From NCBI RefSeq assembly GCF_009914755.1, contig NC_060947.1: a DNA stretch of 64,000 bases; one strand, 5' to 3'. The notes under the pieces are model-generated. The model did no database searches, was not told the DNA's origin, and saw only the letters and a list, made by a program, of their open reading frames with translations. Shown piece after piece: positions 1 to 14,410 of the stretch. Source of the stretch: the human T2T-CHM13v2.0 reference genome, Homo sapiens. The position numbers and the translations under genes are program-made. Positions within the stretch are counted from its first letter, which is position 1. Each line of letters starts with the position of its first letter.

Positions 1-687
1 TGGTTCATAGTGGACCATTTTTTAATGCACATTCAGTTAAACAAATAAACAAATTGTTAGAGCCCTTTCTAACTCCCTGAACTGCAGTATTAAATGCAAA
101 ATCACTGCTAAGTGGGCTTCTTACAGTAAATTTGGTCTGATCTAACTTTATGTTCCTTCCATCATTATCCCATACACTTAATTTCCATGTTATTACATTT
201 TACCCAGATTTTCACTTGTATAAATTAGAAGACTCAAGTAGTTCTTTGCAGTGTGCTGAAACTACTCATGTGTCACACTTTGTACCTTGTCTATAGGGGC
301 CTGCTAGAACTTGAGTCTAGTTATGGGTCTAGAAGAAAAGAAGGGTAGTGGGTGAGTCCTGAGGAGAATCATTGTCTGGCTTGATAACTGCCTCCCTGGA
401 GGCCATTACTGTCTTTTCAGGCAGTGCAGTTAGATCCCTCAGGCAGAGGTGGTAAGGCCAATATCACTAGGAATGTGGAGGCTGCTGCTACTAGGAGTGG
501 AGAAGGCACTTTCTCTGGAAAAAAGAAAAAAAGGGCTTATCAGAATGTAGAAGCTGTGCCCCAGCTTTATCTTCTCACACATCTCCTTCCCAACTTACAG
601 AATCCTACTATTTCTCAATCAAAGCCCTCACTTTAACAGTAGACAGCCTACAAGGTTGGGGGTTCATCTTTCATTGTAATTCAACAA

Positions 688-760
688 TTTGCATGATGAG
701 GAACTGTGTTTGATTTTTAACAGTTTTGCATGATGAGGAACTGTGTTCTGATTTTTAACA
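688..760. repeat. Two-copy ~37-bp tandem duplication
   Basis: tttgcatgatgaggaactgtgtt(c)tgatttttaaca at 688-722 and 725-760. Confidence 0.9.
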
Positions 761-1233
761 ATAATAGGAGATAAGATTATCCTTCAGGGCACACCTAGAA
801 GCTGTTAGATTATTTATACAGTGCTTGAGCTAGGAATTTAAATCCCTGAGCTAATCCTTTTATTTTATCACTTCATCCAGCAACATTAGGAGCAAACAAC
901 CATCATTATATCTCTTAGTTTTCCACAAATACTTGAAAGTATCATATACAGAGTCACTAAGTTTCTTGCCTCTTATAAGTGGTTGATTAGGAATATCAAA
1001 GGCAAATATTTTGTGTATCTTTATATACAGTTCATACAATGGACAATCAGTGCTTTCTGTACTATTGGAAATAGAGTCCTTAGCATTTTTAAGTGTGATG
1101 ACATTAGAGAGCCAGTTCTAAAAATCTTCCAAAACCAATTTACAAAACTCATTCTTAAAATTTTATTTCTATAGAACCACTCCTGGTGCCAAACTCTATT
1201 AGTCAACGTTCTCCAGAGAAACAGAACCAATAG

Positions 1234-1293
<60 letters not shown>
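1234..1293. repeat. (GATA)15 microsatellite
   Basis: Perfect tetranucleotide array inside the MLT2. Confidence 0.97.
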
Positions 1294-1295
<2 letters not shown>

Positions 1296-1537
1296 CAGTC
1301 AGATAGATGAGAGGGGATTTATTATGAAAATGGGCTCACACTATTAAGGAGGCTAAGAAGTTCCACAGTATACTGTATGTGAGCTAGAGAACCAGAGAAG
1401 ACAATAGGTTAGCCCAATTCAAATCTGAAAGTCAGAATCAGAAGAACCAATGGTGTAACTCTTCAATCAAAGGCTAAGTGTCTGAGAATATGGGGAGCCG
1501 CTCATGCAGGTCCCAGAGGCCAAAAGCAAGAGAACCT

Positions 1538-1923
1538 TGTGTTAGTCCATTCTCACATTGCTTCAAATAACTACCTGAGACTGAGTAATTTACAAAGAAA
1601 CAGGTTAAATTGACTCATGGATACACAGGCTGTACAGGAAGCATGGTTGGGGAGGCCTCAGGAAACTTACAATCATGCCAGAAGCCAGAAGCCAAGGGGA
1701 AGCTAGCACGTCTTACGTGGCTGTAGCAGGAGGAAGAGAGAGTAAAGAGGGAAGTACCACACAGTTTTCAAACAACCAGATCTTGTGAGAATTCTGTCAC
1801 AAGAACAGCAAGGGGGATGTCTGCCCCCATGATTCAATAACCTCCCACTAGGCCCCTCCTCCAACACTGGGAACCACAACTCAACATGGGATTTTGGTGG
1901 GGACACAAAGCCAAACCATATCA
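1538..1923 (-). mobile_element. MST-type (MaLR) solo LTR
   Basis: tgtgttagtccattc...ccaaaccatatca termini; 5-bp TSD aacct/aacca. Confidence 0.85.
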
Positions 1924-2265
1924 AACCACAAGGCCCAATGTCCAAAGGTAGGAGAAGATGAATGTCCCACCTCCAGATCAGAGAATAAATTCAACTTTGT
2001 TTTCTGTTCTATCTGGACTTTTTACCAATTGCATGGTGTCCACACATATTGGGTGAGGTGGATCTTCCTTCCTCAGCCCACCAATTTAAATGCCGACCTT
2101 TTTTGGAAACACCCTTACAGCTACAACCAGAAATAATTCTTTACCAGCTATCTTAGTATGCTTTTACACTGTCAAATTGACACCTGAAATTAACCATCAA
2201 ATGGGAGCTCATATACGTGATAAGCGATTTTTCTCCTGCTGCTTTCAAGATTCTTGGCCCTTCAC

Positions 2266-4045
<1,780 letters not shown>

Positions 4046-4534
4046 TGCCAAGACCAGCTCAGTCGGGGAGACCCTAACCCAGAGGTGCTAGAGGAATTAA
4101 AGACACACACAGAAATATAGAGGTGTGAAGTGGGAAATCAGGGGTCTCATAGCCTTCAGAGCTGAAAGCCCCAAACAGAGATTTACCCACATATTTATTA
4201 ACAGCAAACCAGTCATTAGCATTGTTTCTATAGATATTAAATTAACTAAAAGTATCCCTTAAGGGAAATGAAAGGATGGGCCAAATTAATTGCAGCAGGA
4301 ACACGCCCTTAAGACACAGATCGCTCAGGATTTTGTTTGTGGCTTAAGAATGCCTTTAAGCGGTTTTCCGCCCTGGGCGGGCCAGGTGTTCCTTGCCCTC
4401 ATCCCCATAAACCCACAACCTTCCAGCTTGGACATTATGGCCATTATGGACATGTTACATTGCTGCAGAGATTGTATTTATGGCCAGTTTTGGGGCCAGT
4501 TTATGGCCAGACTTTGGGAGGCTTGCTCCCAACA
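4046..4534 (-). mobile_element. 3' LTR (MER9-like)
   Basis: Minus strand TGTTGGGAGCAAGCC...CTTGGCA; direct repeat of 8934-9442. Confidence 0.92.
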
Positions 4535-5330
4535 TGTCTCCCTTCTTTGATTTGCAAAGAGATAAAAGCAAGGGCAGCTTTGTCATGGTGAGCTACTTTT
4601 CTCAGGAGTCGGGATCCACATCTGCAGACTATACAAAGACAAACAACAGAGATTAAAAGCACAGTCATTGAAATCACAGAGCTTCCAAGTGTTTTTATCC
4701 ATTTTAATAGGTTACTAGCTGCTAATTTGTCTGCAGCTCCTTCAAGCACTCCAGTTCCTGGCATTAAGGTCAGTGTGCCTGGGATGCTTTAAATATTTGT
4801 TCTTTTAATTTTACATCCTTATGTTAAGCTCCTAGAGCCAGCCATATCATTTGAGGTTGAGGTGCCACTATACCACCATGGTTCTAGATAATAAGAACTT
4901 TTGCCATACTTCTTATTATACCTACCATCTTACCATTTTGTTCAGATCATCTGAACATAGTGTGGCAGTGGCACGCAGACTGAGAGGTGCAATTCAATCT
5001 AAACATCCCCTTATGGGACCAATTAATAATGATTCCATAGGAATCGTTTGTGCAGCACCTCTGCCTGTTCTGCAAAGCAATCTTCCTAAACAAGTACGTT
5101 CATTTTTTCTAACTGGGTCCAATCCTGTTTCCAAATAGGTTTTTGAGGGCAGTATGCCTCAATTATAGGAGCAGATTTATTATGGTAAATACTGAGATCA
5201 GAAAGCATGTGTTACTGTGTCATAGAATGATTGCATCCAGGCATTATTACCAGCCCTTATTGAAGGAATACTCATGGCAGTGGTGATAACTGCTATCATA
5301 GCTACCATTAAATTATTCATTGTGACTGGT
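4535..5330 (-). pseudogene. ERV env remnant (TM region)
   Basis: ORF 4501-4764 contains a hydrophobic anchor (SVISMTVLLISVVCLCIVCRC) upstream of the PPT; disrupted. Confidence 0.7.
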
Positions 5331-5740
5331 TGTCCCGCTTTCCTCAGGTTTTCTTCTGCCATCTGTGACAGCTTCTTGATCTGTCCTTAGGTGGGTGGCT
5401 GTGTTCGACAGGTGTTCCTCCTGACAGTTGGGGTCCTCCTCAGTGTCAGTCTCAACATGGCTGCAACTGGGGATCCTTCCGGAGTCTCTTCCTTGGCATC
5501 TGGCTCATGATAAGGTTTCAGGTGTCTTGGTGGTATCCAAATCGGCTGTTGATTTTGGCCTGGAGAAATACAAGCATAAGCTCTACCCCAAGTTATTATT
5601 TTACCTATTTCCCAACTTTTTGTTATTGGATCTTTTCACCAAATAATGCTAGATTCAACTGTGTATGGGCTGTCCTGTAATCCCTATCTTTCCTCCTTTT
5701 TTGTTTTTGTCATCAGTTGTTCATCTATATGAAATCGTAA

Positions 5741-6580
5741 CTAAAGCCTCCAGTTTTTCTTGTCTCTAGCATTAGATATTGCATTAGCAACTAGGCGATC
5801 AGCCATTTGATTCCCTTCAGTCAAAGGTCCTGGAAGAGGTGTATGAGCCCCAATGTGAGTGATGTAAAAAGGGTGCATTCTACTTCTAACTGCTGTTTGC
5901 AATTGGATAAATAAAGTCATCAGTTTTTCATCTGTATGAAATCGTAACTGAGCATTTTCAATTAACTGTGTGGAATGAACCATGTATGAAGAATCAGAAA
6001 TCACGTTAATAGGCATATCAAAAGCAGTGAATACCTCAATTACAGCTACAAGCTCCACTCTTTGAGCTGAAGTATAGGATGTCTGGAAAACTTTACTTTT
6101 TGATCCAGAATAAGAAGCTTTACCATTACTAGACCCATCTATAAAACAATAAAAACGCTTAGCAGGCTGCAGGTTGTTTACTGCAGGAATTGTAAATGCA
6201 AACCGTTCACAGTCTTGCTCAGCCAAAGGGATAGTAAAGAAACAGTTTTTTAAATCTATGACTATTAAAGGCCAATTTTTTGGAATTATAGCAGGAGAAG
6301 GCAATCCTGGCTGTAATGCTCCCATAGGATGTGTAACTGAATTGATGGCTCTTAAGTCAGTTAACATTCTTCATTTACCTGATTTTTTCTTAATTACGAA
6401 AACTGGAGAATTCCAAGGAGAAAATGTTGGAGCTATGTGCCCATTTTCTAATTGTTCAGCAGCTAATTTCTCTAAAGCCTCCAGTTTTTCTTTACTTTGC
6501 TGCCATTGTTCTATCCAAATTGGCTTATCTGTTAACCATTTTAAAAGTATAGGTTCTGGAGGCTTAACAATGGCTGCCAT
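5741..6580 (-). pseudogene. ERV pol remnant: RT N-terminus fused directly to RNase H
   Basis: WIEQW...[36 protein letters not shown], then FIDGSSNGK...AQRVELVAV...SDS...GNQMAD; no YMDD motif. Confidence 0.9.
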
Positions 6581-6599
6581 CAAAATTTTTTTCCTAACC

Positions 6600-7440
6600 T
6601 TTGGCAGGAACTTTGTTTTTTTGCTTGAAGCAGTTCTTTCAAACCTTGCAAATTTTTTTCTAGTCCCATGCCAGGGACATACCTCAATTTCATGCATTGT
6701 ATGTTGACTTTGTGGGCTATACAATTGTTCTGGAATTAGAACTTGTGCCTCCCATTGCGGTAATAAATCTCTTCCCTATAAATTTATAGGTACAGAAGTT
6801 ATAATTGGTTGAATAGTCCCAGGTTGTCCATCAGGCCCCTCCCAATGCAAAATATAACTACTTTGATATGCTTCAGCGGCTTTACCAATTCCAACTATGT
6901 TAAATTGAGCGAGATGAATTGGCCATACAGACAGCCAGTGCTGTAGAGAAATGATTGAAATGTCTGCTCTTGTATCTACCAAACCTTTAAATTTCTTTCC
7001 TTGAATAGTTATTTCACAGGTAGGATGTTTATCAGTAATTTGATTTACCCAATAAGCTGCTTTGCCTTGTTTATTTGTGCTTCCAAATCCTCCTGTTCAT
7101 TTAATTTCACTTCTTCCCATTCCCACATATGGCACAATCAGGAGCTGTGCTATGCGCTCTCCTGGCTCTGCTTTCCAGGAAACAGACGTAGATATAACAA
7201 TTTGAATTTCCCCATTGTAATCTGAATCAATGACTCCTGTATGTATTTGTATGCCTTTTAAACTTGAACTAGACCTTCCTAAAAGTAATCGCATTGTCCC
7301 TGCTGGTAAGGGTCCACAGACTCCAGTTGGGACCTTTTGCAGGGGTTCCCCAGGCAGAAGGCTCACAGCTTTTGTGCAGCATAAGTCTACTGCGGCACTA
7401 CCAGCTGTGGCGGAGGACAGACATTGTACAGGGGTGAGGG
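6600..7440 (-). pseudogene. ERV pro remnant with N-terminal dUTPase
   Basis: dUTPase motifs GRSS, GVIDSDYNGEI, RIAQLL (7097-7366); protease VDTRAD (DTG mutated) at 6776-6982. Confidence 0.9.
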
Positions 7441-7479
7441 AATGGCCTGAGCCAGAAATGCCCCAGTTTAGAACGGGGC

Positions 7480-8826
7480 CCGGGACGGGCCCCTCATGGC
7501 GTTTCCCGAAATCGGATCCCCTTCTTTATCAAATTTAGAGTGACACTGATGAGCCCAGTGTTTTCCTTTTTTACATTTTGGACATATTTCAGGCTCAGCA
7601 GTTTTCTTTTTTCCCCTATCTAGTGGCCTGACTCACTGATTTTTTCTACATTCTTTTTTAGTATGACCATGCTTCCCACAGTTAAAACAAGCTCCAGGAA
7701 ATGGAGTATTTCCTTTATCCACTTTTAGTCCTGCCATTGCCTGTGCCAACAAGGTAGCATTATACAGATTACCTCCGATACCATCACAGGCCTTGATATA
7801 ATCAACTAAATGTGCTTTCCCTCTGATAGGTCGCAGAGCAGCCTGGCAATCGGGATTAGCATTGTCGAAAGCTAATAACTGCAACACTATATTCTGAGCA
7901 GCCGAATCTGAAATCATCTTTTTAAGAGACTCCTGTAACCGAGCTATAAAATCAACATATGGTTCTCTGGGTCCCTGTTTTATAGCACTAAAGGAAAGGT
8001 ATTGTTCTCCACCTGAAGTGATTTTTTTTCCCAAGCTCTAATGCTCACTCCTCTAAGCCGTTCTATGGCATCATCCTGCATGACCAGTTGTGCATCTAAA
8101 CCAGCCCAGCCGTCGACCCCCAAAAGCTGGTCTGCAGTTATATTAATCTGAGGTTGGGCCTGGGCATTGTGAGCAGCCTGAATGGAAGCTTCATCTGCCC
8201 ACCAAGTTTTAAATTGTAAGAACTGAGCAGGAGTTAGACAAGCTCGAGTAAGAGTGTCCCAGTCAGTAGGAATTATCCGACTGGAAACAGTAACATTCTT
8301 TAACAGTCCCATTACAAAAGGAGAACCTGGTCCATACTCATTTATTGCTTGTTTTAATTTTTTGAGTAATTTAAAAGGAAAAGGCTCAAATGTAGCTGTA
8401 ATATTTCCCTCTTGATCTGGGGGGTGTATTCTAACAGGGAACTGCCAAGCCTCTAAATCACCCTCTCGTCTAGCTTGCTGAATTCCTGCCTGGATAGAAC
8501 TAAGAGCCATCGCTCGAGGCGCTGCTTGAACAGTCACTGGGGCAACTAGTTTTCACCCAGTGTCCTCTGGAAAAGAAAGATTTGGGGGGTCATTTTCCTC
8601 AAAATAATAAGGAGGGGGTGCAGAAGGGTAGGGATGAACCTCTCCTTCCTTTGCCACTTTAGCTTTAGCTGGCAAATAAACATGCTCTGTAACCTCTTCT
8701 GTTACTTCGCTATAATCGTTCCTCCTCATTATCAGTGTGAAAAAGTTCCAAGGTGAAACGAACCAGACCCCATATCTGTCCCATTGTTACCCTGACACTT
8801 CCGAGCTCCCCTTCTTACTCACCATG
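7480..8826 (-). pseudogene. ERV gag remnant (CA, NC zinc knuckles)
   Basis: MHR-like IKQGPREPYVDFIARL; CCHC knuckle CFNCGKHGHTKKEC; frameshift between ORFs 7980-8537 and 7633-8034. Confidence 0.9.
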
Positions 8827-8911
8827 GGGATTACTTTAAGAGTACTCAGGTGTCCTCCTGCTAGTTTTCCATTCCAACCATCGTTCCGGTGCCCCTTCAA
8901 CCTGGATTCGA

Positions 8912-8931
8912 GCCCCCACGAATGGACGCCA
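8912..8931 (-). promoter_or_regulatory. Primer-binding site, tRNA-Lys-like
   Basis: TGGCGTCCATTCGTGGGGGC just after the 5' LTR; resembles TGGCGCCCAACGTGGGGC. Confidence 0.85.
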
Positions 8932-8933
8932 CT

Positions 8934-9442
8934 TGCCGAGACCAGCTCGGCTGGGGAGACCCTAACCTAGAGGCCGACCCTAACCCAGAGGCGCTAGAGG
9001 AATTAAAGACACACACACAGAAATATAGAGGTGTGAAGTGGGAAATCAGGGGTCTCACAGCCTTCAGAGCTGAGAGCCCCAAACAGAGATTTACCCACAT
9101 AATTATTAACAGCAAACCAGTCATTAGCATTGTTTCTATAGATATTAAATTAACTAAAAGTATCCCTTAAGGGAAATGAAAGGATGGGCCAAATTAATTG
9201 CAGCAGGAACATGCCCTTAAGACACAGATCACTCAGGCTTTTGTTTGTGGTTTAAGAATGCCTTTAAGCGGTTTTCCAGCCTGGGCGGGCCAGGTGTTCC
9301 TTGCCCTCATTCCTGTAAACCCACAACCTTCCAGTTTGGGTGTTATGGCCATTATGGACATATTACATTGCTGCAGAGATTGTATTTATGGCCAGTTTTG
9401 GGGCCAGTTTATGGCCAGACTTTGGGGGACTTGCTCCCAACA
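8934..9442 (-). mobile_element. 5' LTR (MER9-like)
   Basis: Direct repeat of 4046-4534 plus an 18-bp internal duplication; adjacent to the PBS. Confidence 0.92.
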
Positions 9443-12400
9443 CCTAGGTATCTATTTCCATCATTTTATTTTTAATCTATGTGTGTTCTTACAGGTAAAA
9501 TGTGTTTCTTGCAGGCAGAAGATAGTTGGGACTTGTTTTTTAATCTATTGAGCCACTCTATGTATGTTGATTGAAGAGTTTGCTCTATTTATGTTCAATG
9601 TTATTATTGATAATTGAGAATTTACTGCTGTCATTTCGTTATTTGTTTTCTGCTCATTTAGTGGTCTTCTCTTTCTTCCTTCTTTCTTATCTACCTCTCT
9701 GTGAGAAAGATTTTCTCTTGTGTTACATTTTAATTTTTGCTTTCTGTTTTTGTGTATTTGTTGTCGGTTTATTTATTTGAGACTGCCATGAGGCTTGCAA
9801 ATTACATCTTATAACCCATTATTTTAAACTCATAACAACTTCACACTGAGTTTAAAAGCAAAGAAGCAAGCTGATAGGTTTGGCTGTGTCCCCACCCAAA
9901 TCTCATCTTGAATTCCCTATGTGTTGTGAAATGAACCTGGTGGGAGGTTATCGAATAATGGGGGCAGGTCTGTCCCATGCTGTTCTCATTGTAGTGAATA
10001 AGTCTCACAAGACCTGATGGTTTTAAAAACGGGCATTTCCCTGCACAAATTCTCTCTTCTCTTGTCTGCCAACATGTGAGACATGGCTTTCACTTTCCAC
10101 CATGATTGTGGGAACTCCCTAGCCATGTGGAACTGTAAGTCCATTAAACCTCTTTCTTTTGTAAATTGCCCAGTCTCAGGTATATCTTTATCAGCAGCAT
10201 GAAAATGGACTAATACAGTAAATTGGTACCGGTAGAGTGGGGTGTTACTGAAAAGACACCTGAAAATGTGAAAGCAACTTTGGAACTAGGTAACAGGCAG
10301 AGATTGGAACAGTTTGAAGGGCTCAGAAGAAGACAGGAAAATGTGGAAAAGTTTGGAACTTCCTAGAGACTGAATAAACTTTCTATGCTGATCTCTCTCC
10401 CTATCTCCTCTTTAAGGCCAATAACTTAGATTTGCCCTTTTGAGGCTATCTTCTATATCTTTTTGCCATACTTTGTTGTTTTTGTTAGTATTTTTATTTT
10501 ATCTCCCCTGACTGTGTATACTCAAATAGCTTGTCTTCGAGCTCACTAATTCTTTTTTCCACTTTATCAATTCTGCTATTGAGAAACTGATGTATTCTTC
10601 AGTACACCAATTGAATTTTTCAGCTCCAAAATTTCCTCTTAGTTTTTAAAAATTATTTCTATTTCTTTGTTAAATTTATCTGATAGGATTCTGAATTCCT
10701 TCTCTGTGTTATTTTTAATTTCACTGAGCTTCCTCAAAATAACTATTTTGAATTCTCTCTTTGAAAGACCACATATCTGTATCTCTCTGAAATTGGTTGC
10801 TGGTGCCTTATTTAGCTCATTTGGTGAAGTCATGTTTCCTGGATTGTCTTGATGCTTGAGGATGTTCTTTGATGTCTGGGCATTGAAGACTTAGGCATTT
10901 ATTGTAATCTTCAGCTTTGGTTTGTTTATTCTCATCTTTCTGGAGAAGGCTTTCAGGTATTCAAAGGGAATTGAGTGTTGTGATCTAAGTCTTTGGTCAC
11001 TGTAGTCTTGGTTGTCTTGGGTACGATTCAAGAGAAATCCCTGGATTACCAGGCAGAGTCTCTTGTTCACTTCCTTTATTTTCCCCCAAACAAATGGAGT
11101 ATCTCTTTCCATAATGAGCTCCCTGGAGTTAGAAGTGGATTTACACAAACATCTCTAAGGCCACTACCACTGGGACTGTACTGGGTCAGACCTGAAGTCA
11201 GCAAAGTAGTGGGTCTCACCCATGGTCTGTGGCAACTATTGTCTGGCTACCACTGATTTTGATTCAAGGCACAAGGGCTCTTTAGTTGGCAGTTGGTGAA
11301 TCCAGCCAAGCTTATGTCTTTCCCTTGAGGATGGCATATTCTGTTAATGGCCCAGAATGGGTCTAGAAATGCTGTCTGGGAGCTGGGGCTAGGAGTCGGG
11401 AATTTTAGAAATCTACTTGTTGCTTTATTTTATTGTTGCTAAGCTCATACCCAAGTTGCAAGGTAAAGTGCTTTTTACTCTTTCCTCTTCTTTCCTAGAG
11501 CAGAAAGAGTGTTTTCCTATTGCCACCACAGCTAAGAATGTGCTGGGTCACACCTGAAGCCATCCCAGTACCAGGTTTCACCCAAGGCCCATGGTGAGTA
11601 CTGCCTGGCTACTGCTGATGTTTATTCAAGGCCCAAAGGCTCTTTAGTCTGCAGGTGATGAATCCTGCCAGGACTGGGTTCTTTCCTTCAAGGCAGCAGG
11701 TTCCCTTCTGCCCAGATTGTGTCTAGCAATGTCATGTGGGAACTGGGGCCTGGAATGGGGGCCTGAGGACACTGCTTGGTGCTTTATTTTACTGGGGCTG
11801 AGCTGACATTCAAGTTGCAAGACAAAGTCATCTTTACCTTTTTCTCTCTTTCCTCAAGTGAAAGGAGTTTCTTCCAGAGCTGCAAGCTGAACTGCCTGGG
11901 GTTAAGAGAGAGGTGACACAAGCACTATCTTGGCTGTTCCCGCTGGTGTCTTACTGGGTCACATGCATCCAAAATCCACTGTATCTAAGCCCAGCACAGC
12001 ACCAGGACTTCTCCAGGAATTCCAGTCCTCATGCCCTGAATTGCCTTTCAAATTTATTTAGGATCCCAAAACGCTTTAATGCTTGGTGGTGTGGCTAGCC
12101 AGAACTCAGGTTCCAATGGTTGGGTGGGATAGATGATTCCTTTCAGACTAGAGCTAATTTAAATGCTCCCTTCACAGGCACTGGATAAATTCTGTCCTGT
12201 GTTGCTTTCCGCTGTGACAGGATAGCACTGAGTTCCAATATACAGTTGCATAATCACTGTATTCACCCTCCCTCAAACTCAAAGTTTCATTCTCTGTGCC
12301 TCACAGACACTGCAGAGGAATGCAGAAGGGGTGGTGTCGCAATTCAAGATTTTCTTTCTTATCCTCTTTAGTGCCCCTTTCCTTCATATGATGTTAAAAC

Positions 12401-12540
12401 CAGGTACTGTGACCATTCACCTGATTGGAGGTTCTTATGAAAGTGCTTTCTTGTGTCAATAGTTGTTCAGTTTGGTGTTGCTGTGTTGTGGAGACAATTA
12501 CTGGGGGTTCTATTCAGCCATTTTACTCTGTCTTCTGCCT
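9443..12540 (-). mobile_element. Old L1: ORF2 start, ORF1 N-terminus and 5' UTR
   Basis: ORF 10639-10833 MTSPNELNKAP...KREFKIVILRKLSEI is L1 ORF1-like; interrupted by THE1. Confidence 0.75.
9872..10371 (+). mobile_element. THE1 LTR (9872-10217) plus start of THE1 internal sequence
   Basis: tgataggtttggctgtgtccccacccaaatctc...ggactaataca then gtaaattggtacc...aactttggaact. Confidence 0.9.
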
Positions 12541-13543
12541 CTCACTTTTGACAATTTGATTATAATGCTTTTCAGTATGGACTTCCTTAGGACAACTTTT
12601 GTTGGAGTACTTTGGGCTTCTTAATTTAGATGTCTATTTGGTTCTTCAGAACCAATTCTTCAGATTTGGGCTGTTTCAGCAATCATTTCTTCAAATAAGC
12701 CCCCTTCCCAATCTAATCTCCCTCTTCTCCTTCTTGCACTTCTATAATATGTATATTAACCCACTTGATGGTGGTTCACAAATTCTGTAGACTGTCTTCA
12801 CTCTTTTTCTTTTCTTTTTCCTTTTTATCTGACTAGATAATGTCAAATGACCTGTCTTTTAAATTTGCCATTATTTTTCTGTTTGATCAAGTCTGTTGTT
12901 TGTCTTTGTGATTTTTTTAATTTAAAAATTCAAGGACATCCCATTTTATAAATAATGCTGGCAAAACTGGATAGAGACATGTAGAAGAATGAAACCAGAT
13001 CTCTATCTCTGAACATCTACAAAAATCAACTCAAGATAAATCCAAGACTTAAATCTAAGATCTGAAACTATAAAAATTCTAGAAGAAAACCTAGGAAAAA
13101 CTCTTCTGAATGTTGGTGTAAGCAAAGAAGTTATGACTAAGACCCCAAAAGCAAATCCAACTATAACAAAAATGAATAAATGAAACCTAATTAAACTAAA
13201 AAGCTTCTTCACAGCAAAAGAAAGAATCATCAGAGTAAACAAACAACTCACAGAATGGGAGAAAATATTTGCAAACTATGCATCTGATGAAGGACTAATA
13301 TCCAGAACTACAAGGAACTCACACAAATCAGCAAGAAAAAATAATAATAATTCCATCAAAAAGTGGACAAATGACATGAATAGACATTTCTCAAAAGAAA
13401 ATGTACAAATGGCCAAAAAACATATGAAAAGTGCTCAACATCACTAATCATGAGGGAAATGCAAATTAAAACCACAATGAGATACCACACAATGAGATAC
13501 CACCTTATCCCAGCCAGAATAACCATTATTGAAAAGTTAAAAG

Positions 13544-13837
13544 GGCCGGGCACGGTGGCTCACACCTGTAATCCCAGCACTTTGGGAGTCTGAGGCAGGT
13601 GGATCACGAGGTCAGGAGATCGAGACCATCCCGGCTAACACAGTGAAACCCCGTCTCTACTAAAAATACAAAAAAAAATTAGCCGGGTGTGGTGGTGGGC
13701 ACCTGTAGTCCCAGCTACTCAGAAGACTGAGGCAGGAGAATGGCGTGAACCCAGGAGGCAGAGCTTGCAGTGAGCCAAGACCACACCACTGCACTCCAGC
13801 CTGGGTGACAGAGCAAGACTCTGTCTCAAAAAAAAAA
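13544..13837 (+). mobile_element. Alu (Y/Sc-like)
   Basis: gatcgagaccatcccggctaacac and gaatggcgtgaaccc diagnostic segments. Confidence 0.95.
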
Positions 13838-14126
13838 GATGTTGGCATGGATGTGGTGAAAAGGCAAAGTTTATGCACTGCTGGTAGAAATGCAAATTAT
13901 TATAACCTCTATGGAAAATGCTATGGAAATGTCTTAAATAATTAAAGGTAGACTATGATTCAATCCAGCAATCCCACTACAGGGTATCTACCCCTTCTTT
14001 AAAGGAAAAGAAGTCATATCAAAAAGAAACCTGCACGTGTATGTTTATCACAGCACAATTAACAATTGCAAAGATATAGAAAGAACCTAAGTGCCCATCA
14101 ACAAATGTGTGGATAAAGAAGATGTG

Positions 14127-14410
14127 GGACCGGGCACTGTGGCTCATGCCTGTAATCTCAGCACTTTGTGAGGCCGACGTGGGTGGATCGCCTGAGGTCA
14201 GGATTTTAAGCCCAGCCTGGCCAACATGGTGAAACCCCATCTCTACTAAAAATATAAAAATTAGCTGGACGTGGTGGCACATGCCTGTAAGCCCAGCTAC
14301 TCGGGAGGCTGAGGAAGGAGAATCGCTTGAACCCAGGAGGTGGAGGTTGCAGTGAACCAAGATTCACACCACTGCACTCCAGCCTGGGTGACAGAATGAT
14401 ACTCCAAAAA
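14127..14410 (+). mobile_element. Alu (S-type)
   Basis: Dimeric Alu consensus. Confidence 0.95.

Larger units (their letters stand above)
1195..2199 (-). mobile_element. MLT2-family (ERVL) LTR, interrupted by an MST LTR
   Basis: Begins tattagtcaacgttctccagagaaacagaaccaatagg and ends gtcaaattgacacctgaaattaaccatca, typical MLT2 termini. Confidence 0.8.
4046..9442 (-). mobile_element. HERV-K(HML-3)/HERVK9-type provirus, internally deleted (5.4 kb)
   Basis: Two MER9-like LTRs, Lys PBS, PPT (aaagaagggagaca before the 3' LTR), gag/dUTPase-pro/pol/env remnants, TSD cctaa (4041-4045)/cctag (9443-9447). Confidence 0.9.

Noticed and set aside
4046-9442. Replication-competent ERV or domesticated dUTPase
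   Set aside because: Frameshifts and stops in gag/pro/pol, mutated protease DTG, RT catalytic core deleted; dUTPase is a normal part of betaretrovirus-like pro
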